Assembly (NCBI GenBank): GCA_910586555.1
Contig: CAJUJY010000004.1
Coordinates: 12,112-76,111, forward strand
Reading direction: 5' to 3'
DNA: 64,000 nt
Source of the DNA: an uncultured Lachnospiraceae bacterium
Lineage (GTDB): Bacteria; Bacillota; Clostridia; Lachnospirales; Lachnospiraceae
Of the stretch, positions 45,716-55,898 are shown piece by piece. The translations under genes were made by a program, and so were the position numbers. The notes under the pieces are model-generated. The model did no database searches and was not told where the DNA came from. It saw nothing but the letters and a program-made list of their open reading frames with translations. Each line of letters opens with the position of its first letter. Positions within the stretch are counted from its first letter, which is position 1.

Positions 45716-45845
45716 AACAGAAGTCCGGCGTCCCTGCAAAATAAAATGGCGTCATTCCTTTACTTTGCCAGGATTACGCCATTTTTAAAGTATATATAAA
45801 TTTTATTTTAAAGCTGTGTTTTTGTAAAATTATACCAGTATTGTT

Positions 45846-47324
45846 TTAAATTATAATGCAGACAAGCCCGCCGTTACTATCGTTAATAACTTTTTGTATG
45901 GTTTCCTGTAGTTTAAGCTGGCTTTCATCGGTAAGCTTTCCTACTTTGCTTTCCATGCCTTCTTCTACAAGCTGGCGTACCGTTTTGCCAAATATATTGG
46001 TATCCCATATCCCGCCGTCACTGCTGTCGGAATTTTGCCCTGAAATATATTCTATAAGGTCTTCTGCCTGCTGCTGTGTACCAACTATAGGTGCAATTTC
46101 TGTTTCAATATTTGCCTGTATAAGATGGACTGAAGGGCTTGTTGCTTTAAGCTTAACACCGTATTTACTGCCGTGGCGTATAAGTTCAGGCTGGTCTATT
46201 GTAATTTCATCAACTGAAGGTGTTATTACACCATATCCCTTTCTGTGGACTTCATTCCATGCATCACTTATTTTACCTATTTCATTCTTTTTGGCAGCAT
46301 ATTCTTTAAGCAGGTGTATAAGCTGGTACTCCCCTTCCACCGGTACCCCCACAAGTTCGCTTAAAACCTGGTAATACCTGCTGTCATCAAATACAACTGA
46401 TATTTTTACCCTGCCATTTTCCATTCCAATATGTTCAATCCTGAATTCTTTTATGTATTCACTTTCAGAGGCAAAATTATCAGATGTAATATCATTTATA
46501 ATGGAAATTTTATTAAGGATGCTGCGCACATTATCTATAAGTTCCTTTTTAAGCCAGTGGGAAGGTTTAAGCATTTCAACCCACTTTGGCATATGAAATT
46601 CCACCTGGCTTACAGGAAATGATGCAAGAAGCTTTTCCATAATTTTCTGTATATCTTCCATGCGTAGCTGGTTACAGTTAAGTGCCGTTGCCTGTACCTG
46701 GTATTTGCTGTTAATATCTTTTACAACTTCCTGTGCTTCACTGCTAAATGGCTTTGATGAATTAACTATTACAATAAATGGCTTGCCTATTGATTTAAGT
46801 TCCTGTATAGTCCTTTCTTCAGGCCCTGTATATGCCTCCCTTGCAATATCCCCGAAACTTCCGTCTGTAGTCACTACTATGCCTATGGTTGAATGGTCAT
46901 ATATAACTTTGCGTGTGCCAAGCTCTGCTGCCTGTGTAAATGGCATAGGCTTATCAGACCACGGTGTCATAACCATTCTTTCCCCGTCACCTTCTTCAAG
47001 CCCTCCCGCACCCTTTACAATATATCCTACACAGTCTATAAGCCTTACTTTTACCTGGTGGTCACCGTAAAGGTTTATTAAAGCTGCCTCCTTTGGTATA
47101 AACTTAGGCTCTGTGGTCATAATTGTTTTGCCAGCAGCAGACTGTGGCAGTTCATCAACTGCCCTTTCCTTATCATGTTCATCTTTAATCCCCGGCAATA
47201 CAAGCAGTTCCATAAACCTCTTAATAAATGTAGATTTGCCGGTTCTTACAGGACCACATACACCTAGATAAAATTCACCATTTGTACGTTCTGCAATATC
47301 CTTATATACCTGAAACCCGTTCAT
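45846..47324 (-). CDS. spoIVA: Stage IV sporulation protein A (spore coat morphogenetic ATPase)
   Basis: MNGFQVYKDIAERTNGEFYLGVCGPVRTGKSTFIKRFM (Walker A). About 490 aa, ending in the conserved ...GGLVCIII. Start follows GGAGG. Confidence 0.95.
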   Translation of the reverse strand: MNGFQVYKDIAERTNGEFYLGVCGPVRTGKSTFIKRFMELLVLPGIKDEHDKERAVDELPQSAAGKTIMTTEPKFIPKEAALINLYGDHQVKVRLIDCVGYIVKGAGGLEEGDGERMVMTPWSDKPMPFTQAAELGTRKVIYDHSTIGIVVTTDGSFGDIAREAYTGPEERTIQELKSIGKPFIVIVNSSKPFSSEAQEVVKDINSKYQVQATALNCNQLRMEDIQKIMEKLLASFPVSQVEFHMPKWVEMLKPSHWLKKELIDNVRSILNKISIINDITSDNFASESEYIKEFRIEHIGMENGRVKISVVFDDSRYYQVLSELVGVPVEGEYQLIHLLKEYAAKKNEIGKISDAWNEVHRKGYGVITPSVDEITIDQPELIRHGSKYGVKLKATSPSVHLIQANIETEIAPIVGTQQQAEDLIEYISGQNSDSSDGGIWDTNIFGKTVRQLVEEGMESKVGKLTDESQLKLQETIQKVINDSNGGLVCIII

Positions 47325-47392
47325 ATGCTCCTCCAATCCCCGGACACATTTTTATCCTGCAATAAGCACAGGAAACACCACCTTTTGTCTTT

Positions 47393-47400
47393 AATGTATG
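47393..47400 (-). promoter_or_regulatory. Possible sigma-E-type -10 element (CATACATT) upstream of spoIVA
   Basis: The minus strand reads CATACATT about 70 nt upstream of the spoIVA start. In Bacillus subtilis, spoIVA is sigma-E dependent and the sigma-E -10 consensus is CATACA-T. I could not place a convincing -35 element. Confidence 0.3.
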
Positions 47401-47463
47401 CCTTTATCCGGTTTATCTATTTATATGAAATGCAGGATAATATTAGAACATATAAAAAAGCGT

Positions 47464-47597
47464 TTAACCTCATTAAGTAAGTCCCCCGCTTCTTAAGCGG
47501 TGGGTTTAGGACTTACTTAATGAGGTTGTTTTGCAGGTGGGCAAGTAGCAAATGCCTGCTTTGCAGGCAATGCAGATTGCGAATATCCGCTTGACTA
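47464..47597 (+). repeat. Multi-hairpin intergenic repeat, copy C (short form)
   Basis: AACCTCATTAAGTAAGTCC ... GGACTTACTTAATGAGGTT forms a perfect 19-bp stem enclosing CCGCTTCTTAAGCGG. It lacks the 45-nt two-hairpin insert of copies A, B and D, and the same 3' hairpin modules follow. Confidence 0.85.
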
Positions 47598-47604
47598 AGG
47601 ACAT

Positions 47605-47631
47605 AAAAAAGACCACTCCTAAGAAGTGGCC
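47605..47631 (-). terminator. Rho-independent terminator of rpsU
   Basis: On the minus strand: GGCCACT TCTTAGG AGTGGTC followed by TTTTTTAT. Confidence 0.75.
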
Positions 47632-47655
47632 ATAACTATGGAAATACACTATTTT

Positions 47656-47829
47656 TTAATATTTGCGCTTACGAGCTGCTTCCGACTTTTTCTTACGGCG
47701 TACACTTGGCTTCTCATAATGCTCTCTTTTACGGATTTCCTGCTGGATACCTGCTTTAGCACAATTTCTTTTAAAACGACGTAAAGCGTTATCCAATGTC
47801 TCATTCTCTTTTACGATTACATTTGACAT
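47656..47829 (-). CDS. rpsU: 30S ribosomal protein S21
   Basis: [28 protein letters not shown]...KRKY. Start at M34 of the track ORF after GGAGGGAGG. Confidence 0.95.
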   Translation of the reverse strand: MSNVIVKENETLDNALRRFKRNCAKAGIQQEIRKREHYEKPSVRRKKKSEAARKRKY

Positions 47830-47955
47830 AGTCTCACACCTAACCTCCCTCCAGTTGTAAATTATGCTTCCAATACACAACTGTACAGGGTAATATTTTA
47901 CGCAGAACTGCCTTAGTTTGTAAAACAACCCCTCTGTTCTGCTTGCACAAAGAAT

Positions 47956-47983
47956 ATTATATCATATTATGGATATTAGTCAA
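47956..47983 (-). promoter_or_regulatory. Sigma-A type promoter of rpsU
   Basis: On the minus strand: TTGACT (47978-47983), 16 nt, then TATAAT (47956-47961). The leader of ~120 nt contains two 7-bp hairpins. Confidence 0.6.
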
Positions 47984-48008
47984 CCATTTTTTTGCCATAA
48001 ACTATCCA

Positions 48009-49718
48009 TTAACAAATTCCCCTGTACCTGTTAAGGCATGAAAGTATATCCTGTTTCCTTACCTGCGCCAGGTAAACAGGCAGGTATGCGCCAGGGCACA
48101 GTGATTCTAACCCTTTTTCCTGTATCTGTTTTAACAGGCTGTCTGTTTCATTTACTGCATCAGCCCCCTTTATCTCCATCTGTTCTATAAGTGCTTTTAA
48201 ACAGTAAGAAAGAGTTGTTGTCTGTTCATAGTCCATAATCTGTTCTACATATTTAATATCAACTGTTTCTTTGCCAATTAAAAAGCTGTCTTTGCCAGAC
48301 TGCTTAATTTTAACCTGTCCTCTTTTCCTGTCTGCCTTTTTTACTTTAAGCACCCGCTTATCCCCGTTAAAAAGAATATTTACAGGCACAGGCACTTCCT
48401 GGCTTTGGCATCTGTTTTCCCTTCTATTTAACAGTTCCTTTACTTTGCCTGTTATATCATATGCATTGTAATTATCCATTTGTATTATTTTATCTGCAAT
48501 ATAAAAATAAGAACCTGAACTTCCTGCTACAATTATTATTGATATGCCATGTTCTTCATACATCTTCCTTGCCTGCATTATAAATGGCGTAATTGGCTCA
48601 TGCTTTCCTGAAATTACTTCCTGCATAAGTGCATCCCTGTCCATAAAGTTAGTTGCACAGGTGTCTTCATCTATTAAAAGCACATCCGCCCCTGCCTGTA
48701 CTGCTTCTGCAACATTTGCTGCCTGTGAAGTAGAACCGCTGGCATTTTCTGTAGAAAAGTCTGTTGTATCTTTTCCATTTGGCAGGTTATTAATAAATGG
48801 TGAAATATTTACATGTGAAACTGCGCGCCCGTCCTCTGCCCGGATTTTAACTGCTGTTTCCAGTGATGCCACATATTCCCTGCCATCTCCTGCTATATGG
48901 TTATAAATTCCCTGCTCAAGTGCTTTTAAAAGCGTGGACTTGCCGTGGTAGCCGCCACCAGCCACAAGCGTTATGCCTTCTGGTATTCCCATTCCTTTAA
49001 TACTTCCCTTATATGGAAGGTCTATAATAACTTCCATACTTTCTGGTGATTTAAAAGGTATAGCATTTTTCATAGGTTTTTGTGAAACGCCGCTTTCCCT
49101 TGGCAGTATTGCACCATTTGCCACAAATGCAGCAAGCTTCCTTTTTTTAAGCTCTTTCCTTAAAACATGCTGGTCTTCTGAAAGTTCTATAACACTTTTT
49201 ATTTTTGTCTGGCCAAGGTTCTTATAATAAAGCGAACTGCTTACAATCTCTGGAAGATAACTAAATAATATTTCCCTAAGCCCCTCTGCATTAATTGTCC
49301 TTCCAAATGCCGGGAAACCTGCTTCAAAACGTATAAGGACATTACCATCTTTTATAACAGCGGCTGTCCTTTTAAGAATTTCCTGCCCGCACCTGCTTAT
49401 ACTTATAAGACCACTTTTGCCAGAGCCCTCCGCCTTTAAAGTATACCTTTTAACAGCCTGTCCAAAAAGTCTTGTTAAATGGTCACAAAGCGCCGTATTC
49501 TTATAGCCTGTACTATAATACTGCTCTGGAAAACCTGCCTGTTCCTTTTTAACATATACACTTAACTTTGAAGGCGCAGCAAATGGATCACCCTGTACAT
49601 GGCATATATCAAGCTGGTAACCATCAAACTGGTAAACACCCTGCAAACTTTTATATGCAGGGTAGCTTTTTCTGTTAATGCCCTTTAGAAGTTTGTCTAA
49701 TTCAGTCTGTGTTTTCAA
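48009..49718 (-). CDS. ABC-ATPase-domain protein (predicted ATPase of the ABC class)
   Basis: 569 aa. The N-terminus KSYPAYKSLQGVYQFDGYQLDICHVQGDPFA and P-loop GGGYHGKSTLLKALE match my memory of this family. Confidence 0.7.
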   Translation of the reverse strand: MKTQTELDKLLKGINRKSYPAYKSLQGVYQFDGYQLDICHVQGDPFAAPSKLSVYVKKEQAGFPEQYYSTGYKNTALCDHLTRLFGQAVKRYTLKAEGSGKSGLISISRCGQEILKRTAAVIKDGNVLIRFEAGFPAFGRTINAEGLREILFSYLPEIVSSSLYYKNLGQTKIKSVIELSEDQHVLRKELKKRKLAAFVANGAILPRESGVSQKPMKNAIPFKSPESMEVIIDLPYKGSIKGMGIPEGITLVAGGGYHGKSTLLKALEQGIYNHIAGDGREYVASLETAVKIRAEDGRAVSHVNISPFINNLPNGKDTTDFSTENASGSTSQAANVAEAVQAGADVLLIDEDTCATNFMDRDALMQEVISGKHEPITPFIMQARKMYEEHGISIIIVAGSSGSYFYIADKIIQMDNYNAYDITGKVKELLNRRENRCQSQEVPVPVNILFNGDKRVLKVKKADRKRGQVKIKQSGKDSFLIGKETVDIKYVEQIMDYEQTTTLSYCLKALIEQMEIKGADAVNETDSLLKQIQEKGLESLCPGAYLPVYLAQVRKQDILSCLNRYRGIC

Positions 49719-49808
49719 ATTTCAGCCCCCTGTCCATTCCCTTACCATTTCCACAAAATAGCTAACACCCTGTGCAAATTTTTCAGTTATTATTTTGTTT
49801 ATATATAT

Positions 49809-50338
49809 TTATACCTGTTTCATAAATTTTTGTTCCATTTCTATGATATCTCCTTCATCTAACTGTGGAAAAAGTTCCCTGATTTCATCAATAGAACATT
49901 TTCCCATCTTTAATAATTTTATAGCTGTTTCTTTTTTTGCTTCCCTTACTTCACTTTTTACATATTCCCTGTATAAACCACATAAAGTTCAGGTTCTGGC
50001 ATTACAGCTTTTTTGCTTCTGTAAAGGTCTGTGCCGTTCCCTTTAAAATATTCATGGTATGTCTGTGCCAGGTATATAAACATCCTTATAATGACATTTA
50101 CGCTCCATGTAGACTGTGCTTCCAGCATTAAAATTAACCTGCCGCCAGCAATAAAACAAAGGTCATTATAAAGGCCATTTGTAAATACATGGTTTATTGT
50201 GACGTTTTTAAGACCGTCTTCTGTCATGCTTAAATCTTCCGGGTGGAGTGCCTGGTATAACTGCAACAGGTATTTCTTAATCCTGAACAGGTTACAGAAA
50301 ATGCTGTCCTTAACAGTGCCTTTAACATTTCCCTGCAT
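49809..50338 (-). pseudogene. Remnant of a PD-(D/E)XK (Rpn/YhgA-like) nuclease / putative transposase gene
   Basis: A 126-aa N-terminal part (…NDLCF…LILMLEAQS…) stops at 49958. The typical C-terminal tail (REAKKETAIKLLKMGKCSIDEIRELFPQL...) continues in a different frame down to TAA at 49809-49811. The combined length is well below the ~300 aa I recall for intact members, which implies an internal deletion plus a frameshift. Confidence 0.55.
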
Positions 50339-50446
50339 TGTACTTCCCTTTTCCTTTCCGTTTTGTAATGTACTGTCCTTATTATATATAAAAAAAACAT
50401 ATTGTTCAAGGTTTAATCTGTATACTGGCAGTGTAACTTCAAAATA

Positions 50447-50499
50447 TTAAAAAATATCTGGATTACTTGTACTTAAATATATACAAATATAATCCAGAT
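50447..50499 (-). terminator. Rho-independent terminator after the interrupted surface-protein gene
   Basis: On the minus strand: ATCTGGATTA (reverse complement of 50490-50499) ... TAATCCAGAT (reverse complement of 50456-50465), a 10-bp stem, followed by ATTTTTT. Confidence 0.7.
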
Positions 50500-50544
50500 A
50501 AAATATTTTATTTCTTATAATCCGGGTATAGAAATTTTATTTTT

Positions 50545-53500
50545 CTATTTTTTTGTTTTTACAGCTTTAGATTTAGACCATCTGGAATAATATTTCTTTC
50601 CTTTAACGGTTTTATAAGTCCTTACCCTTACATAATACTTTTTCTTTGCCTTTAATTTACTGGTTTTAAGCTTTGTAACAGACTTTTTCTTAATAGTTTT
50701 TATAACAGCCTTCTTGTCTTTAAAATTCTTATCTGTAGAATATTGTACCTGGTAGCCAGTAATAGACTTTGGCTGTTTCTTCCATTTTACAATAAAGCCC
50801 TTATGTTTTGGCTTTACCTTGCCTGTAACTGGCGTTCCCTTTGGAATTATCTTAAAGATTTTAGTAACACTTCCATAATAATCCCCTTTACCATAAACAG
50901 TTACATATGCAGTACCAATATTTATATTATTATAATATGAAACTATATAATCTTTATTTTTTGTAAGTTCTAATGAATTATTTAAAACCGTTATTTTTGG
51001 CTTTTTATCCTTGCCATTATAAATAATTCATTTTTTATTTAATGTAACATCAGCGGACATAATTTACTTTTTACTGCTGTTAAAACTGTTATCTGCACCA
51101 GAGCCAGGATTTAGGCTGGCAGATGGTTCAGGCTGGCTTGTTGCTTGTAATGGTTCTTTAGTTGCTGTAGTAACAGGTGACGGACTTGGAGTTAAAGTTG
51201 TAGCAGGCGCAGGGGTTGGAGTTATTACAGTTATGCCACCACCGCCACCAGCAGAACTACCGCCGCCAGAACCAGTACTTCCTCCTGTACCAGAACCTGA
51301 TGGTTTTGTACTAGGTGACGGGCTAGGTGAATTACCACCTGATGGTTTTACACTAGGTGACGAAGATACTTCTGGTTTGTTTGTACCTGTACTTGTACCT
51401 TTAACACTAAAACCCTTTGTTACTTCCCCTGTATAAAGACCTGTACCAGATATTTTGACTAAATAATCCCCTGCCTCTGTTACATTAAAATCACCTGAAA
51501 CAATATAATCATCGCCTTCAGACAATATATTGCCTTTGTAGGAAACCTTTGGATAAATATATTGTTCTGCTCCATTATAAATTAAATCTGGAACTTCAAT
51601 TTGTGCATCAGATAAATTTGGTTTTGACATTCCAACAACAAATGGTTCATCATATCCAGAAGTTTCATTTAATTGGTATGTAACATTAATATTCCCATTA
51701 CTATCTGAAACATACTGCTTTAAATAAAGCAAATTATCTGGTGATAATAATTTTTCTACAGAACGTGATTTTAATATATAAAAATTATAAGCTGCATTTG
51801 GTAAAAGACCTGTAAAATTCTTTGACTGTATAGCAGCACCTTTAAGTGGTGTATCTGCATTAACTGCTGTATACAAGTTATCCATGCCAGGTGACTTTGC
51901 CCTTATAGAATTATTAGCACTGGCTAAAGACAAACTTCTATAAGACACATCTGGTACAGGAATTTCAACTTTTACCATTTTTTTATTACCTAACTGTCCG
52001 TAATAATTATACCCCCACATATACAGGCTGCCATTTTTTGTTACTGCTCCACTATAAGAACTTCCAAGACTTACAGATGCAACATTATCAAGTACCTTTA
52101 CTGGGGTAGCCTTATTTTCTTTAGTCCCATCTCCTAACTGGCCAGAAGAATTACTGCCCCACATATACAGGCTGCCATCTTTTGTTACTGCTCCACTTAT
52201 TTCACCATAGTACTGTGGTGTCGTTGTAAGGTTTCCAAGTCCTGTTTCTGTTGAAGCATATGCCCCAACTGTTCCTGACAGTTTTCCATTTAATTCTATT
52301 TTGCCGCTGGCTTCTATAGTAAAATATGGTATTAAACCTATTCCAATTCCTGGAACTGGGTCTAAAGCTATATAGCCAAGAGGTATATTACGTGGGTTAA
52401 TTTCTCCTGTCACATATGCGTTTATATTGGCTATGTAATCTACTTTCAGTTCGCAATACTGGTAAAATAATGATATATTTATTTTAAATGCAAAATTAAG
52501 TTTTAGTTCCATGCTGCCAGAAATTTTTACATTTCCAGAAGCAAATTCCAATTTACTAAAGTCATATGATAAAGATTTGCTTATACTTTCATCTACATCA
52601 AGCTTACGCAGCCTGCTTTCATTACTATCATCAACAAGACCATTATATATAAGTCCTTCTTCCATTTTTGATGTATCAACTGTTACATCTTCTGTTCCTG
52701 CTTTTGTGTCAATTTTTACATAATCAAACACTTCTTCCAGTGATGTATTCTCTCCTGTTATTGTAACGGTTGTCCCATCTTTTGTAATTGATGCTATTTT
52801 TACAACCAGGACTTCCCCATTATATTTATAAGAAAATATATCCCCTTTTTGTAAAGATGTTATATCTGTATCTGCATTTTCAATTACATAAATAAGATTT
52901 GTATTATCTGATTTTGTAATTTTATTTACATCTTTTTTTTCAGGAATTATAATTGTTTTATCATTATATACAGCAAAATTGTTCGTTTTATCATTATCAA
53001 GGTTTAAAACCTTTTCCTGTTCAAAGTCATCTGTTGTTTTAGCCAGAAATTCCTGCATTTCCTTTGTATAATTTGGCGTTTCATATGACGTGCACAACGG
53101 TCTTAGTGTTCCGCTGTTTACTAAAAAACTTCACAAGTAAAAATATTCTGGCAGTTTTTCTTCAATAACAGCCTTAGCTTCTGTCTGCCCGGTTTTTACA
53201 TCACTTGTAGCAGATGTAAGCATTTCTTCCCCGTCTTAACTATAAATACATACAACAAGTGTGGCATCTTCTGTTGTTTCAAAAGAAACATTTGCTGTCT
53301 GCCCTTCCATTTCAACAGAAAAAATATTATTACCTTCATTTTCCGTTTGTTCAGCGGCTTTCCCTGTTAATTCTTTTCCAAGCAGGTTTCCAAAAGTATT
53401 TTTGCCTTCTATGGATATTCCATTCTGTACATTTTGTGTACTGGAAACACTTGATGAAATATCTTTTACATCTGATGTTATTGCCTGTACCGTTTCTGGC

Positions 53501-53574
53501 GGTAAAAAAACACCAAATATTAAAATTATTGCCATAATAACAGCAATTTTTTGTTTAAATGGTTTTTTATTCAT
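50545..53574 (-). pseudogene. Cell-surface protein gene (signal peptide, RCC1-like repeats, P/T/G/S linker, Ig/FN3-like C-terminal modules) interrupted by four in-frame stop codons
   Basis: A single frame of 1010 codons runs from ATG 53574 to TAG 50545-47. Internal stops: TAA 53236-38, TGA 53131-33, TAA 51064-66 and TGA 51028-30. I walked the frame codon by codon across all four stops and found no frameshift. The track shows only pieces 53236..53574 and 51064..53097; the last 160 codons have no ATG. Confidence 0.8.
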
Positions 53575-53876
53575 TCTTTTTCTCCTCTCAAATATTTAAT
53601 AGTTTTAAAATTGTTAATTTTTATTTATCCCTTCTGCCCCTTGTCTTTTTTGTCTAAACTGAAAAAGTATACTTTTCCGGTTTTTATATTAAATCCAACC
53701 AGGATTTTCTAGCACTTCCGTTTTATCAAAGAATATGCTTACTGGTATTCCATATTTTTTAGCTGTTTAATTTTTATATAAAGTGAAAAAGCCTATACTT
53801 ATTACCAGGAAGTTTATAAATAACCAGTTATTATAAATGACCATTTACAGGATTTATTATAAAAATTCTATTATAA

Positions 53877-53921
53877 ATAAAAAAGTACACGGAATAATAC
53901 TGTAATGTATTTTCCATGTAC
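53877..53921 (-). terminator. Rho-independent terminator of ppiB
   Basis: On the minus strand: GTACATGGAA ... TTCCGTGTAC (10-bp stem with one mismatch) followed by TTTTTTATTT. Confidence 0.65.
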
Positions 53922-54059
53922 CATATATATTGTTTTTTTATTATTTATATTTTATAAATCTTTGATTTTGTATAAATAGTAAATAACTTATAATCATGTT
54001 TTCTATTCCACACGTCCTTAAAGAAGCAGGCTTTTCATACATTTATTGTAAGTTATAAA

Positions 54060-54575
54060 TCAGCATTTTTCTGGTTCGCTATATTCTTTCCCTTTTGTGT
54101 CTATTGTTGCTTTTATAATGACCTGTGGTTCTTTTGGCCTGTCGCTTCTGTCTGTGTCTGTTTCTGCGATTTCATTAACTACTTCCATGCCTTCTATAAC
54201 CATGCCAAATGCTGCATATGCCCCATCAAGGTGTGGTGCTGCTTTATGCATTATAAAAAACTGTGAACCAGCGGAATCGGGCATTTGTGAACGTGCCATT
54301 GAAAGGACGCCTTCTGTATGCATTAAATTATTGTCAAAACCATTTTGTGCAAATTCCCCTTTAATTGAATATCCTGGCCCTCCCATGCCGTTTCCTTCAG
54401 GACAGCCGCCTTGTATCATAAACCCGTTTATTACCCTGTGGAAGGTTAAGCCGTCATAAAACCCCTTTTTAACAAGGGAAATAAAGTTGTTTACTGTGTT
54501 TGGTGCTATATCTGGATATAACTCTGCCTTTATTATACCCTTTGATGTTTCAAAAGTTACTATTGGATTATCCAT
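54060..54575 (-). CDS. ppiB: Peptidyl-prolyl cis-trans isomerase, cyclophilin type
   Basis: FHRVINGFMIQGG...GSQFFI... are cyclophilin signatures. Confidence 0.92.
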   Translation of the reverse strand: MDNPIVTFETSKGIIKAELYPDIAPNTVNNFISLVKKGFYDGLTFHRVINGFMIQGGCPEGNGMGGPGYSIKGEFAQNGFDNNLMHTEGVLSMARSQMPDSAGSQFFIMHKAAPHLDGAYAAFGMVIEGMEVVNEIAETDTDRSDRPKEPQVIIKATIDTKGKEYSEPEKC

Positions 54576-54599
54576 AATAATACCCCTGCCTCTCTTATT

Positions 54600-54983
54600 T
54601 TAAAGTTTCTTGTCTGTTTTTTCCTGGAATTTCCCACTTTCAACTATAAAGCGCTCATGTGTGCCTTTGCCTATTAAACCTTTGCTGTCGTAAGCTTCTA
54701 CTTTAAATACAAGTTTCCTGCCTTCTATTTCTACAAGTTCACTGTCACATGTTATTTTCATGCCAACAGGTGAAGAAGCAACATGTTCTATACAGACTTT
54801 AGTGCCAACGCTTCCGCAGCCTTCATTAAGGTATGGCATTACACTTGTAAATGCTGTTTTCTCCATAAGGGCAAGCATTGCAGGTGTTGCAAATACATCC
54901 ATTACGCCGCTTCCCATGCTTTTAGCTGTAAGTGCGTCTGTTACAGTAATTTCCTGGTGGCCTTTAATTCCTGTTTCTAACAT
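54600..54983 (-). CDS. Hotdog-fold thioesterase family protein
   Basis: 127 aa. The pattern GSGVMDVFATPAMLALME...VEIEGRKLVFKVEAYD is typical of small hotdog thioesterases. Confidence 0.7.
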   Translation of the reverse strand: MLETGIKGHQEITVTDALTAKSMGSGVMDVFATPAMLALMEKTAFTSVMPYLNEGCGSVGTKVCIEHVASSPVGMKITCDSELVEIEGRKLVFKVEAYDSKGLIGKGTHERFIVESGKFQEKTDKKL

Positions 54984-55003
54984 TTTAAATTTCTCCTTTT
55001 TAT

Positions 55004-55621
55004 TTAATCTTCAAGGAATAATTCCTTAAAATATGGAAGGTGGCATATCCAGTCACAGAATATATGCCATTCTTCAAGCTTATGGTTCTTTCTTGCATTA
55101 TATATTGATACTGCATTTTCATAGGAAAATGTACATGTGCGCATCTGGTTATAACTTTCTGGCAGAAGCTGTATAATGCTGTACCATAAGGATTTGTCTT
55201 CTGTATTAATATATTCTTTCCTTAGATTTTCAAGGGCAAGAACCATGTTTTCCATATGTAAAAGGGCAGCAGGAACCATATGGTCTGTGCTGAAATCACC
55301 AATTACAAATGGTTTGCTGTGTATTTTATGCATTGTGCTTGTGGAATTAGCTACTGTGCCCACTTTATATGTGTCATACTCTTTCCACCAGTAAATTGGC
55401 GCTGTTATATCAACTGAAATAAAAACCTGCCGTATAAACTTGCGGTGGTCACTTCCTGCATGGCATAGTTTTTTAGCAAGCTTTAAATCATTTGCACCAA
55501 ATATAAAATTCCCGTCTTTATCTGTGCTGCTATCATATTTGTTCCAGCTATTAAGCGGGTTTCTTGCACCACGCATGGCATTTTCAAAGTTCATTACACT
55601 TGTTCTTTCCAGCCTGATCAT
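55004..55621 (-). CDS. ThyX-fold (Thy1-superfamily) protein lacking the RHRxxS signature
   Basis: [32 protein letters not shown] parallels ThyX [28 protein letters not shown]. The RHR...S..S.RY motif is replaced by [16 protein letters not shown]. Confidence 0.5.
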   Translation of the reverse strand: [205 protein letters not shown]

Positions 55622-55648
55622 AATTTTTTATCCTTCCATTATGCAGTT

Positions 55649-55879
55649 CTATTCCTCAAATTCTACAACTACATAATATCCTCTTTCATTGTGTTCAACA
55701 TTTTTAACAATGCCTTTATCTGATTTAATACGTTCATTAACCTTATAGCAGCCAGACATTGCTACTGCTGGTTCAATTATATAACTGTAATTAAGGGCTG
55801 TTTTCTTTTCGCTTACATGTACCCTGTCACCTGCTTTAACAAGCCCTGGACGTTCCATTTTAAATGTAATCTCACGCAT
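55649..55879 (-). CDS. Small hypothetical protein (76 aa)
   Basis: Start MREITFKM follows AAAGGAA. It lies between the J-domain gene and the ThyX-like gene on the same strand. Confidence 0.5.
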   Translation of the reverse strand: MREITFKMERPGLVKAGDRVHVSEKKTALNYSYIIEPAVAMSGCYKVNERIKSDKGIVKNVEHNERGYYVVVEFEE

Positions 55880-55898
55880 TACAGATATTCCTTTCTTT

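Noticed and set aside
53600-54050. AT-rich 450-bp intergenic region with recurring TTATAAAT words upstream of the interrupted surface-protein gene
   Set aside because: The words are short, irregularly spaced, and expected in >75% AT DNA. Apart from the ppiB terminator hairpin, no defined structure or ORF was found.
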